A DNA stretch of 64,000 nt, from assembly GCF_009914755.1 (NCBI RefSeq), contig NC_060930.1, one strand, 5' to 3'. Made by a program: the position numbers and the translations under genes. How positions within the stretch are numbered: position 1 is the first letter of the stretch; every line of letters starts with the position of its first letter. Below, one piece after another: positions 1-15,920 of this stretch. Below the pieces are notes generated by a model. The model searched no databases, was not told where the DNA came from, and saw nothing but the letters and a program-made list of their open reading frames with translations. Origin of the DNA: the human T2T-CHM13v2.0 reference genome, Homo sapiens.

Positions 1-3000
1 TGGCTAAATTTAAATAACTAATAGAGGTCAGACACGACTTACTTAGTTTCTGAGAGTAGTTGTTAACTGTCCTTTTCCCAAGGGAAATAAGCTAAGCTGA
101 ATTACTTAAACCACACTTTTTCCGTTTCTTAAAATGATTTCCATTTCCCTGCCCTAGGAAAAGTAGGCGGCTGCAGAGAGGTTGTGACAGAATTATAAAG
201 CTATTTGAGTTAAATTAGCCCAGTACATCACTCTTAGAGCACATTGAACAGACAGCTAACACCTCCTGATAAGCACCAGCTACATACAGATCAATGTTTT
301 CAAATGAAACCAAAGACATACATTCAATTTAGGGAGACAAAACAGACATTACTCAGGAATCTCATAGAACCCCAGATGATTATGATATAACCAATAACAT
401 AAGACCCACCTGATTGGCAGTTCTGTGAATCACCCTAAAATCTCTACTAAAATGGTTAAGTCCTGTACTCTTTACTCTGGAGTCCTCTTGTCTACCTTTC
501 AGAAATGGTTGAAATATTTAGATGTGGAATTAATGAGATTTTACATGTCTACACTCTTGCTTTATATATTTTAATGTGATAAATGGCCTCATGTATGTAT
601 ATTCTTCCTTGTCCCAGACTCATGTTTTTTGAGTAAAATCTTTAATTGGTCAAAATGTGTTGTATTGATCAGTATGTTATATAGAATGATGTACTTATTG
701 ATTTACTGTAAATAATTACAGTGGAGCAATTCTGTTAGGAGGGTTCGTTTTTGCCATTTTAGCAAGGAAAATTTGCCAGTTATTTTGGCTGAATTTAAAA
801 CCCCTTACATGATTAGATCACATGTCTATTTCTGCTGTAATAGAGGAGTGTAAGTAACTAAGTTTATCTGAACTTTTAGGAGTCTCCTTTTAGGCTCAAA
901 TTAGTTAGTCTGGTGTCTATACAGGGCCTTTGTTAAAGACTGGATTTAAATATTGGGTGGATCTGTCTTGGATCCTGTTCTAGGGAACGCTTCTTGGAAG
1001 TCCCAGACGGGGAACTCATCATAACCTGGTTTTACCCCGTAGCATGGCCCTGTGCCATCGACACCATTAGAGCAAGGCTCAGTGTCTCGAGCTTTAGTTT
1101 AATTCTCAACCCATTGATCGCTCTTGCAGTCAGCTTAACAGTTGAATGCAATGCTGTATTTTGTTTTTTTTTTTTTAAAGCTAGTCCAGAAATTACCACA
1201 GCTGCTTCTCAGTTAATCAGATGCTTAAGACTCCCGTTTCCACATTGCTTGGCTGCTACATTTTTATAACACCACAGCTGTCTGGATCTAGCTTGTGCCC
1301 CTCGCCCCCCTTACCCCTTTCCATCTGCCACCTCTCACCACTTCCTCACTTGCTATGTATCGAGGTGGCAAATTCCCAAGTAAACTGCTGACTTTCCTCC
1401 CCTGCAGGAAGGCTGGGCCTTTGGTTCACAGTAGCCTCTTTCACCAGAACTCTCGTAGGCTAGGAACCAACCCTGGAGTACTGCTGCTCTCAGAAGTGCC
1501 CACATTTGCCTCTGGAGCTTGCTTTGTGTGTTTGGGTGTTGAATTTTCCCCTTGACTTGGAAACTTTTGTGAAGAAACTGAAAGGTGCTTTCAGATTAAG
1601 CAGCTGTGGCTCCCCCTTCCAGCCACGCTCTTTGTTTTTAAAGCTCAAAGTCTTATTTGAAGTGAGGAGAGAAGGTAGGTAGGTTGCAGTCCAGGTTTTT
1701 CTGTTTGTGAATGACGTTGCTTACCTTGGCTGATTCCTTTTCCTAATGACGGTGCTTCTACTCTTGGCCTTTTGCCATGTGTGTACCATCCACTGGGAGC
1801 TGTTTTCCCTTGTCCTTTAAAGCGTATCCGACTCTATCTCCAGTGCTCTTCTAGCAAGCTGTTACAGTAAGCATAAAAACAAGCGCATTAAACTAGGAAT
1901 AAAATGCCAAGTTTCTGTCTCCTTGCCAACCTCATTAGAAAACAGTGATAAAGTATGTATGCATATAATTACAGTAATTAAACATTTGAAACCAGCTCAA
2001 TAGGGAACCTTCTTAATGCTTTTATGAGTGTGATATTTTCATTTCAGAACTGGACTCTGTGTGGCTTCTATTTTATTCAAGACCTTCATCTTTATGGGGG
2101 TAGGCGGGGGAAGGTGCTCCTTTTGACCACAGCGCCAAGCATCTGCAAGAGTAGCTTTATTACACATGTATTAGCAGGGAACAGAGCAACCTTTCCATCA
2201 CTGTGTTTATTTTTGAGGGTGTGTAGCCAGTTGTCAAATATAAAGACATGAATGGCCTGGCTAGTAAAGAAGACGTGGAAAATAATTGTAAACTGTCTGC
2301 CATGATGTGCTTGCTCTTAAGAGCAAAGGACAGGAATATTTTGTCTTTTGTACTGCCCCGACGGAGTCATACAGCCCCTGCATTTGTGTGGGATGATAGA
2401 GTAGCACTATGGGGTTTGTCTGCCTCGTAGCTCTTCCACCCTGAGAGCTATTCTCACTTAGGAAGTGGAAAGTCTAAAGGACCAACTGTAGGTTGAACCA
2501 GGAGTTTCATTCACTAAACATATTTTTTTTTTTAGTTGATATATATATATGTAAAATTTCAATAGCTTTTGAGGTACAAATGGTTTTTGGTTACACGGAC
2601 AAATTGTATAGTGGTGAAGTCTGCGATTTTAGTGCACCCATCATCTGTGTATATTGTACCCAATATGTAGCTTTTTTTTATCCCTCATCTCTCTCCTCCC
2701 CTCCCCTCTTCTGAGTCACCAAAGTTCGCTAAATGACTCTGTATGCTTTTGTGTACCCATAGTTTAGCTCCCACTTATAAGTGAGAACATACGGTATTTG
2801 GTTTTCCATTCCTGAGTTACTTCACGTAGAATAATGGCCTCCAGCTCCATCCAAATTGCTGTGAAAGATATTTCATTCTGTTTTATGTCTGAGTAGTATT
2901 CCATAGTGTATATAGACCACATTTTCTTTATCCATTCATCAGTTGATGGGCACTTAGGTTGGTTCTGTATCTTTGCAATTGTGAATGGTGCTGTGATGTG

Positions 3001-5311
3001 TGCACGTGTCTTTTTGATAGAATTACCTCTTTTCCTTTTAGTAGTTGCCCAGTAGTGAGATTGCTGGATGGAATGGTATCTTTACTTTCAGTTCTTTAAG
3101 GAATCTTCATGCTGTTTTCCATAGAGGTTGTACTAATTTACATTCCCACCAGCAGTGTATAAGTAAGTGTTCTCTTTTTACCACATCCATGCCAACATCT
3201 ATTGTATTTTACCTTTTTAGTAATGGCCATTCTGGCTGGGGTAAGGTGGTATCTTGTTGTGGTTTTAATTTGCATTTCCCTGATGATCAGTGATGTTGAA
3301 CATTGTTTTGTATATTTGTTGGCCATTTGTATATCTTCTTTTGAGAAATGTCTATTCATGTCATTTGCCCACTTTTTGATGGGATTATTTGGTTTGTTTT
3401 CTTGCTAATTTATTTGAGTTACTTGTAGATTGTGGGTATTAGTTCTTTGTAGGATGCATAGTTTGCAAATATTTTCTCCTACTCTGTGGGTCATCTGTTT
3501 ACTCTGATGGTGATTTGCTGTGCAGAAGCTTTTTAGTTTAATTAGGTTCTATTTATTTATTTTTGTTTTTCTTGCATTTGCTTTTGGGGTCTTAGTCATA
3601 AATTCTTTACCTAGACCAATGTCCAGAAGTTTTTCCTAGGTTGTCTACTGTAATTGGTTTCAGCTCTTAGATGTAAGTCTTTGATCCATCTTGAGTTGAT
3701 TTTTGTATATGGTGAGAGATAGGGATCCAGTTTCATTCTTATACATGTGGCTATCCAGTTTTTTCAGCACCATTTGTTGAATATGGTGTCCTTTCTCCAA
3801 TTTATGTTTTTGTATACTTTGTCAAAGATCAATTGTGGTTGTAAGTATTTGGTTTTATTACTGTGTTCTCTGTTCTGTTACATTGGTCTATGTATCTACT
3901 TTTATACCTATACCGTGCTGTTTTGGTAACTATAACCTTGTAGTATAATTTGAAGTTAGGTAATGTGATGCCTTCATGTTTGTTCTTTTTGCTTAGGATT
4001 GTTTTGGCTATTCAGGTTCTTTTTGGTTCCATATGAATTTTTTTTTCTAATTCTGTGAAAAATGATGTTAGTATTTTGATAGAAGTTGCATTGAATCTCT
4101 AGATTGCTTTGGGTAGTATGGCCATTTTCATGAAATTGATTCTTCCAATTCATGAGGATGGGATATTTTTTCCATTTGTTTGTATTATCTTTGATTTCCT
4201 TCAGCAGTGTTTTGTCGTTCTTGAAGAGATTTTTCACCTCCTTGTTAAGTATATTTCTAGGTAATTTATTTTATTTTTGCTGTTATTATAAAAGGGATTG
4301 AGTTCTTGATTTGATTCTGAATTTGATTGTTGTTGGTGTATGGCAGTACTACTGATTTGTGTACATTGATTTTGTAACCTGAGACTTCACTGAGTTCATT
4401 TATCAAATCTAGGAGTCTTTTGGAGGAGTCTTTAGGGTTTTCTAGGTATATAATCATACCACTGGCAAACAGAGATAGTGTAATTTACTCTTTTCCAATT
4501 TGGATACCCTTTATTTTTCTCTCTTGCCTGATTGCTCTGACCAGGGCTCCTGGTGCTATGTTGAATAGAAGTAGTGAAAGTGGGCATCCTTGTCTTGTTC
4601 CAGTTCTGAAGGGCAATGGTTTCAACTTTTCCCCTTCAGTATGATGTTGGCTGTGAGTCTGTCATACATGGCTTTTATTATTTTGAACTATATTCCTTCT
4701 ATCCCTAGTTTGTTGAGAATTTTTATCATAAAGGGATGCTGGATTTTATCGAATGCTTTTTCTGCATCTATTAAGATGATCAATAGATTTTTGTGTTTTT
4801 AAAAAATTCTGTTTATATGATGTTTCACATTTATTGACTTGCATTTGTTAAATCATCCCTACATCCTGGATGAAACCCACTTGATCATGGTGAATTATCT
4901 TTTTGATGTGCTGTTGGATTCAGTTTGCTAGTATTTTGTTGAGGATTTTTACATCTTTGTTGATTCAAGGGTATTGTTCTGTAGTTTTCTTTGTCTTTTT
5001 TTTTTCTGTTATATCCTTTCCTGGTTTTGGTATCAGGGTGATATTGGTGTCATAGAATAAGTTATAGAGGATGCCCTCTTTCTCAACCTTTTGGAATAGT
5101 TTCAGCAGATTGGTACCAATTTTTCTTTGAATGTCTGGTACAATTCAGCTGTGAATCTATCTGGCCTTCGGCTTTTTTTTTTTTTTTTGGTCTGTTCAGG
5201 ATTTCTATTTCTTCCTGATTCAAGCTAGGAAGATTGTATGTTTCCAGGAATTTGTCCATTTCCTGTAGATTTTCTAGTTTGTTTGCATGGAGGTGTTCAT
5301 AGCAGTCTTGA

Positions 5312-5660
<349 letters not shown>

Positions 5661-7832
5661 TCCATTTTCATTTCTAATTGAGCTTACTTGAATCTTTTCC
5701 TGGTTAATCTAGCTAATCATCTATCGATTTTGTTTATCTTTTCAAAAAACCAAGCTTTCGTTTCCTTGATGTATTTTTTGTTTGTTTGTTTCAGTTTCAT
5801 TTAGTTCTGCTCTAATGAAAAGGTCTTTGTTATTTCTTTCATTCTGCTAGCTTTGGGTTTGGTTTGTTCTTGTTTCTCTAGCTCCTTGAGGTATGATGTT
5901 AGATTGTAAGTTTGTGATCTTTCATACTTTTTGATGTAGGCATTTAGTGCTATAAACTTAACTCATAGCACTGCTCTTGCTGTATCCCAGAGGTTTTGAT
6001 GATGTGTATCACTATTATTCATTTTGAAATATTTCTTAATATCCATCTTGATTTCATTGTTCACCTAAAAGTCATACAGGAGTAGGTTAATTTCTATGTA
6101 TTTGTATAGTTTTGGGAATTCCTTTTGGAGATGATTTCTAGTTTTATTCCACTGTGGTCTGAGAAGATACTTGGTATGATTTTGATTTTTTAAAATTTAT
6201 CAAGGCTTGTTTTGTGGCCTATCATATGATGTGTCTTGGAGAATGGTCCATGTTCTGATGAGAAGAACGTATATTTTGCAGTTCTTGGGTGGGATATTCT
6301 GTGAATATATTAGGTCCATTTGTTCTAGAGTATAGTTTAAGGTTGATGTTTCTTAGTTGACTTTCTTCCTTGATGATCTGTGTGGTGCTGTTAGAGGAGT
6401 ATTGAAGTCTGCACTATTATTGTGTTGCTATTTCTTTTCTTAGGTCGTGTAGTAATTGTTTTATGAATCTGGAGTTCAAGACTTAGGTGCATGTATATCT
6501 AGGATTGTAATATCATCTTGTTCGATTGATCCTTTTATTATTATATAATGGCATTTTTTGTCTTTTTTTACTGTTGTTGTTTTAAAGTCTGTTTTATCTG
6601 ATGTAGGCATAGCTTTTCCTGCTCACTTTTGGTTCTCATTTACATGGAATATCTTTTTCCACCACTTTACCTGGAGTCTATAAGAATCCTTTCATGTTAG
6701 GTGATTCTCTTGAAGACAGCAGATATTCGATTTGTAACTTTTTATCCATTCTGCCAAAGTATATCTTTTAAATGGAGTATTTAATCTCAAGATGCAAGGT
6801 ACTGTTCAGTTATGTTGATTGTTACATAGGTACTTAGTTTTCTTCATTGTATTATTGTTGATAAGTCCTATAAGTTTTATGCTTTCTAGAGGTTCTATTC
6901 TGGTGCATATCAACCTTTTGATTCAAGATTAATAACTCCTTTTAGTATTTCTTGTAGGGTTGGTCTGGTAGTGACACATTCCCTCAGCATTTGCTTCTCT
7001 GAAAAAGACTCCTTCATTTGTAACACTTAGTCTTGCTGGATAAAAAATGATTGGCTGACAGTTATTCTGTTTGAAGAGGCTAAAGATAGGACTCCAATCC
7101 CTTCTGGCTTGTAAGGTTTCTGCGGAGAAGTCTGCTGTTAGTCTGGTATGTTTTCCCCTGTAGGTTACCTGATACTTTTGTCTCACTACTCTTAGAATTC
7201 TTTCCTTCATGTTTACTTTAGATAGCCTGATGACTGTATGCCTTGATGGTGTCCTTTTTGCAGTGAATCTCCCAGGAATTATTTATGCTTCTTGCATTTG
7301 GTTACCTAAATCTCCAGCAAGGCCAGGGAAATTTTTCTCACCTATTTTCTCAAATAAGTTTCCCAAATTTTTTGCTTTCTCTTCTCCTTCAGTAACACCA
7401 TTGATTCTAAGGCTTGACTGTTTTACATAATCTCATATTTCTTGGAGACTTTGTTCATTTCTTTTAATTCTTCTTTATTTTTGTCTGGGTTAATTTGAAA
7501 GGCTTATCTTCAAGCTCTGAAATTCTTTTTTCTACTTGTTCTAGTCTAGCGTTAAAACTTTCTACTATATTTTGCAATTTCCTAAGTGTATCTTTAATTT
7601 CCAGAAGTTCGGATTGGTTTTTCTTCAGAATATCTGTCTCTTTAGAAAATTTTTTGTTCATACTGTGAATTGTTTTTTCAATTTCTTTATGCTGATTTTT
7701 ACCTCTGTCTTGTATTTCCTTGAACAGCTTTAATAGTCCACCTTTTGAATTCTTTATCTGGTATTTCAAAGATTTCATCTTGGTTTGGATCCATTGCAGA
7801 AGAGCTAGTGTGATCTTTTGGGGTTGTTATAG

Positions 7833-8203
<371 letters not shown>

Positions 8204-10719
8204 TAATTATTCTTGAATTTATTTTTGATTTGACTTAAAAATTTTTTTTCTCCCTTGAGGATGTGACTTTATCGTTTATTGTAGGCTAATTCAGCTCTTG
8301 GTGCTTTCAGGGATGAAGACTGTGTATGACTTCCTTGGTTATAGAGAGTCTTTGTATGACAGCTTTCTCAGATGCTGGTTGTAGTAGCATAGTGCTTGGT
8401 TTGTGAGCAGGTTCATTGTCTCCTGTGGGATTGGAATTGCAGAGGTCTCTTAAAGCTTATCTCATTGCACTTTTTAATTAATTAATTTTTTTCTGCAGTA
8501 TTTTATTTACTGAGTTGAACAGCTTAGGCTTCAGGCCAGTAGGAGAGATGTCCATGGGTAAAAATCAGTTGTGGCTAAAGCAGGTTGGTAAATGCAATAC
8601 TCAGTGGTGGGCAGAGGTCCCAGCCTTGATAGAAGCAGCTGGGGCAGCTCTCAGTGAAATGCACTGAGGTCTTTTCAAGGGAAAGGGAAGAAGCCACCTC
8701 AGCTTCCCTGCTAGGCCAGCAGGAAAGTGATCCACCTTCCAATTACACTCCTGACCCAGAGTTCCAGCTATTCTGATCAGGCACCTCTTTTCATCTGCAG
8801 GAATGTTGATGTTCAACATAGAAAGGGATTGTGACTGTACCCCTCATCCAAGCTTGAACCTAGGGGACATGCATTCTCTGTGGATGCAGTTACCCTGAAG
8901 TATTCCAGAAAGGCTGTCTACAGGTGCATCCATGCTGAGCTCCCATGGGGGAAGCCTCAGCTATGTCGATAGTGGATGAAGAGGAGAAGAAATCACCTTC
9001 TCCAAGACCCTTCATGGGCACCAGGGCTGACTGGCTGTTGGGGTAGAGCCACAGACGTTTTCTGCTGAGCCAAGCATTGCAACTGTGCCTCTGCTAAAAG
9101 AAACTTCCCAGAAATGGGAAGTTCTGGGACTTAAGGCCTGCCATCTTGTGTTTTTTGTTTCATGGAGTGCTCCCTTGATGTCATGTACTTCTTCTTCCCT
9201 TAGGAGTAGAAATCCCTGAAGTCCAGACTACTGTGAATGCAACTCTTATCTGGGTCTAGCTGCCTAGTGGGGCTGCCACACTCCAGGGTGGTGCTGGGGG
9301 ATGTCTCCAAGGAATCCAGTGATGTGACCTGTCCTCAAGTATCCCAGCAGTGGGTACCAGCACCAGTTCTGATGGGGATGGCAGGGGAGTGCTGTGAGAT
9401 TCCTTGGTCATGAAAAGCCTTAGTGTGTTGGTTTTCTCAAGTACTGGTTGTAGTAGTAGATGAACTGGTCACATGGACAGACTCAGGATCTCTTGGTTAG
9501 CCAGGGTGTTGCAGGCAATAGTGATTGCTGAGGTCACACATGACTTTTCTCCTTCCTGCATGTTGTCTTCTTCTGCCTGAAGATGCTAATCTCCTATGTC
9601 AGTTGGCCTCCAACCAGAAGGTGGTGCTTGCAAAAGAGTACCAGCTGTGGTGGTGGTAGGATTTATGCTTTGCCTTATGTACCCAGGGGAAGTACTCTGG
9701 TGTCTCAGGCAATTGGTGGGGCTATAGAGCTCCGAAAAGTTTCTGTTCTTTTTATTAAGCTACCAGGGTAGGATTGAGGGGCAAAGCCAGGTGAGGGCTG
9801 GGTCAGGCAAGTCTGTGCTCTAGCTCTCCATATGTGGGCAAAAGTAGAGGTCCCAGTGGGGATCAGAAGGCAGTTTTCTGACTGCTGGGGTATATTGAAG
9901 GAAAAAGCACAGCTGCTTCTGCTGCACCAAAGAGTCTGCATGGAGAATGGGGAGTAGCAGGTAGCAGCAAGCCCTACGCAGCTTTCATGCACTTGGCAAG
10001 GCAAATCTCATAGCCACAGTGTACCACTAGCAGCAGCTAGCTGGGTTTCAGACAGTTGACACTCAGAACTCAAAACTGCCCCAGGCCATTAGCCTTTGCA
10101 TGGCCTTCAGGCCACATTTCTCTTGGTCTCCCTACACAGCAGGGGCACCCCTGTGCTCTCTTATGGCTGCAGCACACTTCCCACTTGCCCCTCAGTTCTG
10201 GCCAAGGGAGCTTGTTCCCACTCATATCGTGAATCTCAGTTGAGCTTCTCTCAACCTGTGATTGCTGTCTGAGTTAGCTGGCTGACTTCCACAAGGTCCC
10301 CTGTGAGGTAGGATCAGCAGTGGCTTCCCTCTGTCCTTGCTGGAGACTGGGAGTGCACTGAAAGCATGTCCAGTGCTACTCCTTCTCATATACTCCCCAC
10401 GGCTCACTGAATCAGCTTTAGTGCTGGGTAGGGTTGAGGGCTTCCCTTGTGGCCTGGATTGCCAGGTTCCCCAGTAGGAGTGCATATCCTAGAGGTAGTT
10501 TATCCTCCTCTCACACTCTAGGGACTTAGAGTTTTCCATCTGCCTCGTAGTAAGTTTCTGGGTTTTTTCCTGAAAAAAAAAAATTCACAGTGTGAATCTC
10601 TCCACACTATTTTGTCTTTCCAAGTGGTAGAGGCATGCTCACAGTGCCTCCAATCCACTCTCTTGGGGATTAAAAAAAAAAAAAACAGGTGTTATTGGGT
10701 ACCTTTGGGGTGAGAGTTA

Positions 10720-10960
10720 GTGTACAATTTAGGGACACTATTCTTGGAACCAGACAGACCTTGGTCAGACTCCTGGCTCAGTCATTTTCTGGTTGTATGG
10801 ACCACAGCAAATTTAAAACTTTAAGTCTCGGTTTTCTCATCTGTAAAACTAAAATAATGGTGGTCACACATACCCATAAGATTATTTTGAGACTTAAATA
10901 AGATAATGCATACAAAGCATTTAGCACAAAGTTTGACTCAGTAGGTGCTATTTGGTGTTC
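10720..10960 (+). mobile_element. MIR
   Basis: Core ..ctcggttttctcatctgtaaaactaaaataat..gcatttagcaca.. Confidence 0.75.
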
Positions 10961-12047
10961 ATGCCATTATTAGCTTTGTATTAAAGAGGTATATATTGTC
11001 CTATCTTCTAGGAGCTTACAGTCCAGTAGGGCCATAAGATACATATTGAGGAAAGAAAGGGGGATGTCAGCCTGCTGTGATGTGTTGGGAGAGACTTTCT
11101 TGAGGAGTTGGGATTGGGGCCACTGTGTTGTACAATGCCAGGGAACACCATTTACATCATCTTTGAGAATGGGTCCCTCTGGAGTAGTACAGTTGCACTG
11201 CTTGGAATTTTGAATGTGACCATGAAGGATGTGTAGAATTTGGATAGATGGAAGAAGGAGGGGTTTGGGTTTGGTAGGAAAAAACAAGATTCTTTCAGAG
11301 GATGGTGAGACCTCTCAGCTGGCCAGAGAGCTTTTTGCATTGAGCAGAGGTAGTCAGGCTGTGTGTCTTGAGGTGGCTCCAGGGCTTTGCTTCTTTCTGA
11401 TCACTAAAAGGTGGATGGAATGAACCTTCTGGTGAAATGGGTACAGGTCAGGGTGAAATGCCTTTGATCTCTTCACATTGTCTTCCTTGAGTCTCCTCAG
11501 GGGCCGGGATTGCTATATTTCCAAAAGGGCACTTTTCTGTGAATAGCCTTTTAGCCTGGTTAAGTAAACCAAAAGGCTCACTTGCTTTTTCTGCCATTTC
11601 TTTTTCTTTAACATTACTTGTAACTCATTTTGTTAAATACCACATTTACTCAATATGTGAAGTGATCAAGATGTTGTATGTGTGACCCTATACCCTGGTT
11701 CTACTTTGTATAGCCTTACATTTCTTTTGAACTTCTTTATGCACTTTTTTTCTTTCCTTTTCTTACCTCCATGGAATTTATTCTGCTCTTTAAGGACTCT
11801 CAAAGGCATAGTAGATCATGGCATAAATTAGGTGGCAAGAAAGGATTTTCTTTATCATTAGGCTTCTATTCTTCTAAAGCTGTGTCTTTGGGAGATTTTA
11901 ATTGTGAGGATGTAAATAAAGCCATATGGACCAAAAGTGAATAGCATATTTAATTATCTTGTAAATAACTTTAGCTTAGTAAATCTCCGACGTTATTTTA
12001 AAAACACAGTATTTTATTGGGTATTTAGTATTATATGATACTCTAAA

Positions 12048-12268
12048 GCAGAAGTCACCAAACTTTTACTCTAAAGGGCCAGATAGCAAATATTTTAGGC
12101 TTGCAGGCCGATTCTCTGTTGTAGATACTCAGTTCTGCCATGGTAGTGTGAAAGCAGCCATAGAAAGTATACAAACTGATGGAGGTGGTTATTTTGCATT
12201 AAAACTTTATTTAAAGCAATAGACAGTGGGTCAGATTTGGCTCTCTGGAGTGGTTTGCTGACCCTTGC
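12048..12268. mobile_element. MER58A-like hAT-Charlie MITE
   Basis: aaagggccagatagcaaatattttaggcttgcaggcc..gtttgctgacccttg termini. Confidence 0.8.
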
Positions 12269-13877
12269 CGTCAAGGAAATAGAAAGAGATTTTGTTGGGT
12301 TGGGAAGGTAAATGGAAAATTACAGGAATTACAAAATTTCCAGATAATGAACTCTACAAAAAACTAAAAAAAACTTATACCTCCTATTGTTTGAATTAGA
12401 TTTCATGTTTGATATGAATTTGTAAATAAATCCCAAATATCTTTATTGATAGTTCTTCCTTTTTAAAATCTAAGGACTTGGTTCACAACAGGCCTGTCTT
12501 TATTAATCAACCATTTATTGTTTTCTTTGCACCAGGCACTGTGTAGGTCATTGGAAATTTACAAATAACTTAGACACGCATTTTTCCTTTAAGGAGCCAC
12601 AGTCTAGACTGTGTACTCTTTTTTGCCAGATGTGGACTCATGCCTTGGACCACATGAAATATTTGCTCTAAAGTAGCAAGAAACCTGCATTGGAAAAGGG
12701 ACTTTTTGAGGGTACACCTATCTTTTTTTCTCTTTCTACTATATGTGTGTTAGGACTGCTATATTTTCGTTTCTCTTTATTTTTGTATTGTTAGAGAAAG
12801 TCTGCTAGAATTTATAAATGGTGAGAATATTTTGATAACTTAGTTGCCAAAATTTCTAGTCTTGATTCCAGAGGTTGTGTTTTCCTGCCCTTTAAAATTT
12901 TCACTTAGTCACCTTAATTCAGTTTTTGAATTTCTTTGAGTTCTGCCTATCAAATTATAAACAAGCACCACCAAATTGCAGAAGGTTATCTCTTAATAGT
13001 ATTGAAATAGGCAGTTATAAAAAATTGTGTCACCTAAGTCTAACAGCTCTTCTAGAATGTTTTCCTTTAGACCTAAGCCATTCTGGCCCTTGCACATTGG
13101 GTGGGTCTGTGATCTGTTTCTACTCACAACACTTCTGACACAAATGGCTGGATTTTTTCCACACCAACAACCAATTATTCGACTCTGACACTACCCAGAG
13201 TTAGCACAGACCCCACAGATTATGGGCTTAGACCCACAAGACTCTTCTCCACTTTAGATGCCAGTTGTAAGTCCAGGTCTCCTATACTTCTGACCAAGAG
13301 ATGATAAATCTTGAGTTTCTATGAGCCCCACTCTTTGGGTTCAGTAATTCTCTATAAAGGCTCACAGAACTCACGAAGTCACTTTACTTCCTATTACTGG
13401 TTTGTTATAGAAGTTACAACCCAGGAACAGCCAAATGGAAGACATGCACAGGACAAGGTATAGAGGAAGGGCATTGCCCTCTCTAGATGCCCACCCTCCT
13501 AGCACCTTTGTGTGTTCACCAATCCAGAAGCTCTTTGAACTCTTTAACTTAGAGGTTTTATGGCGTTTCCATTACATAGTCATGGTTGACTACATCACTG
13601 GTCATTGGTGATTAGTTCAATCTCCATCCCTTCTTCCCTCCCCAGAAATGGGGCAGGGGCTGAAAGTTCATTCCTCAAATTTCGTGGTTGGTTCCCCTGG
13701 CAACCACCAGCCCTCATCCTGAAGCTCTCTAGGGGCCCACCAAGAGTCATCACATTTGCCTAAACTCAAGTATGATTGAAAATGGGCTATAATAATGAAC
13801 AAGAGACACTCTTCTCATTCCTATTGCCCAGGAGATTCCAAAGGTTTTAGAAACTCTGTGCTAGGAACTGGGAATGA

Positions 13878-14717
<840 letters not shown>

Positions 14718-15381
14718 TTATATTTCTTATTATATCATAAAATCACAGTGGAGTTGGATGGGGGTGAGGGAGGGCAGTCTGTGAAAGAGAGAGGTTCTAA
14801 AGTCCAAATGAGGGCAGAATGTGGACTTCTCTGGCCCTGAGGAGTGGGTTGGGTTGAGTACTATGGGGTGATTTGATTGGACAGGTTCTGATGAGTCTGG
14901 TAGTGGGTACCTCAGGAGCCATGAGGACATTTAAATGTCACAGTGTCACAGAAAACATAGAAGATTGTTCCCTAACTTGGGTAGTGGCATGAGAAAGTGG
15001 GTCTGTTGTTGGGAATAAGGTAGGCTCGGATGGTGGTTTTTGAGGGTGCCAAGAAATGTCTTTATAAGGTTTCAAATGTACATAGATGTAGAAGGAAGAA
15101 TGGTGCCATTCTAAAGTTTTTTTGAAGTGAAAAACAAAAATAATATATTTTAAAGATACAAATAATTTCCATAAACATATAACAATCCATAGAGAAGAGG
15201 GTAATGTCCTTCTGGTGACATTAATTGAAATACTTTATGCCAGATTGGACAAAATCTATGTTTAAATTACTGGTATTAGTATTTTGGTATTTTCCCTTTA
15301 GTAAGATAATCTTGATAACCTTGATTTGCTTTTTGTGTCCTGATTACCTTGACATTAATATCTTGAAACAGAAAAACTGTG

Positions 15382-15486
15382 GTTCTTGCTTTGGTAGTAC
15401 ATATACTAAAACTAGAACAATAAAGACATTAACATGGCCCCTGTCGAAGGATGACATGCAAATTTGTGAAATGTTTCATATTTTTT
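15382..15486 (+). pseudogene. U6 snRNA (RNU6) retropseudogene, near full length
   Basis: gttcttgctttggtagtacatatactaaaactagaac..atggcccctgtcgaaggatgacatgcaaatttgtgaaatgtttcatatttttt aligns end to end to U6. The ACAGAGA box is damaged, CpGs are decayed, and there is a degenerate TSD aaaaactgtg/aaaattatg. Confidence 0.93.
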
Positions 15487-15612
15487 AAAACAAAATTATG
15501 GCTTGTATATTTTTAAAACTTTGTATTATGCAAAACTTCTTGAGAACAAATAATTATGGGAACTTTTAAATACATGCAAAAATAGAATAGGATAATAAAC
15601 TTCCCATCTACA

Positions 15613-15920
15613 TTTTATTTATTTATTTATTTAATTTTTGAGGTGGAGTCTCGCTCTGTCGCCCAGGCTAGAGTGCAGTGGTGTGATCTTGGCTCACTGC
15701 AACCTCCACCTCCTGGGTTCAAGCAATTCTCCCTGCCTCAGCCTCCTGAGTAGCTGGGATTACAGGCATTTGCCACCATCCCCGGGTAATTTTTGTATTT
15801 TTAGTAGACATGGGGTTTCACATGTTTGCCAGGCAGGTCTCGAACTCCTGACCTCAAGCGCTCCGCCCACCTTGGCCTCCTAAAGTGCTGGGATTACAGG
15901 CGTGAGCCACCGCGCCCGGC
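15613..15920 (-). mobile_element. AluS
   Basis: Full dimer with (TTTA)n tail. Confidence 0.93.
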
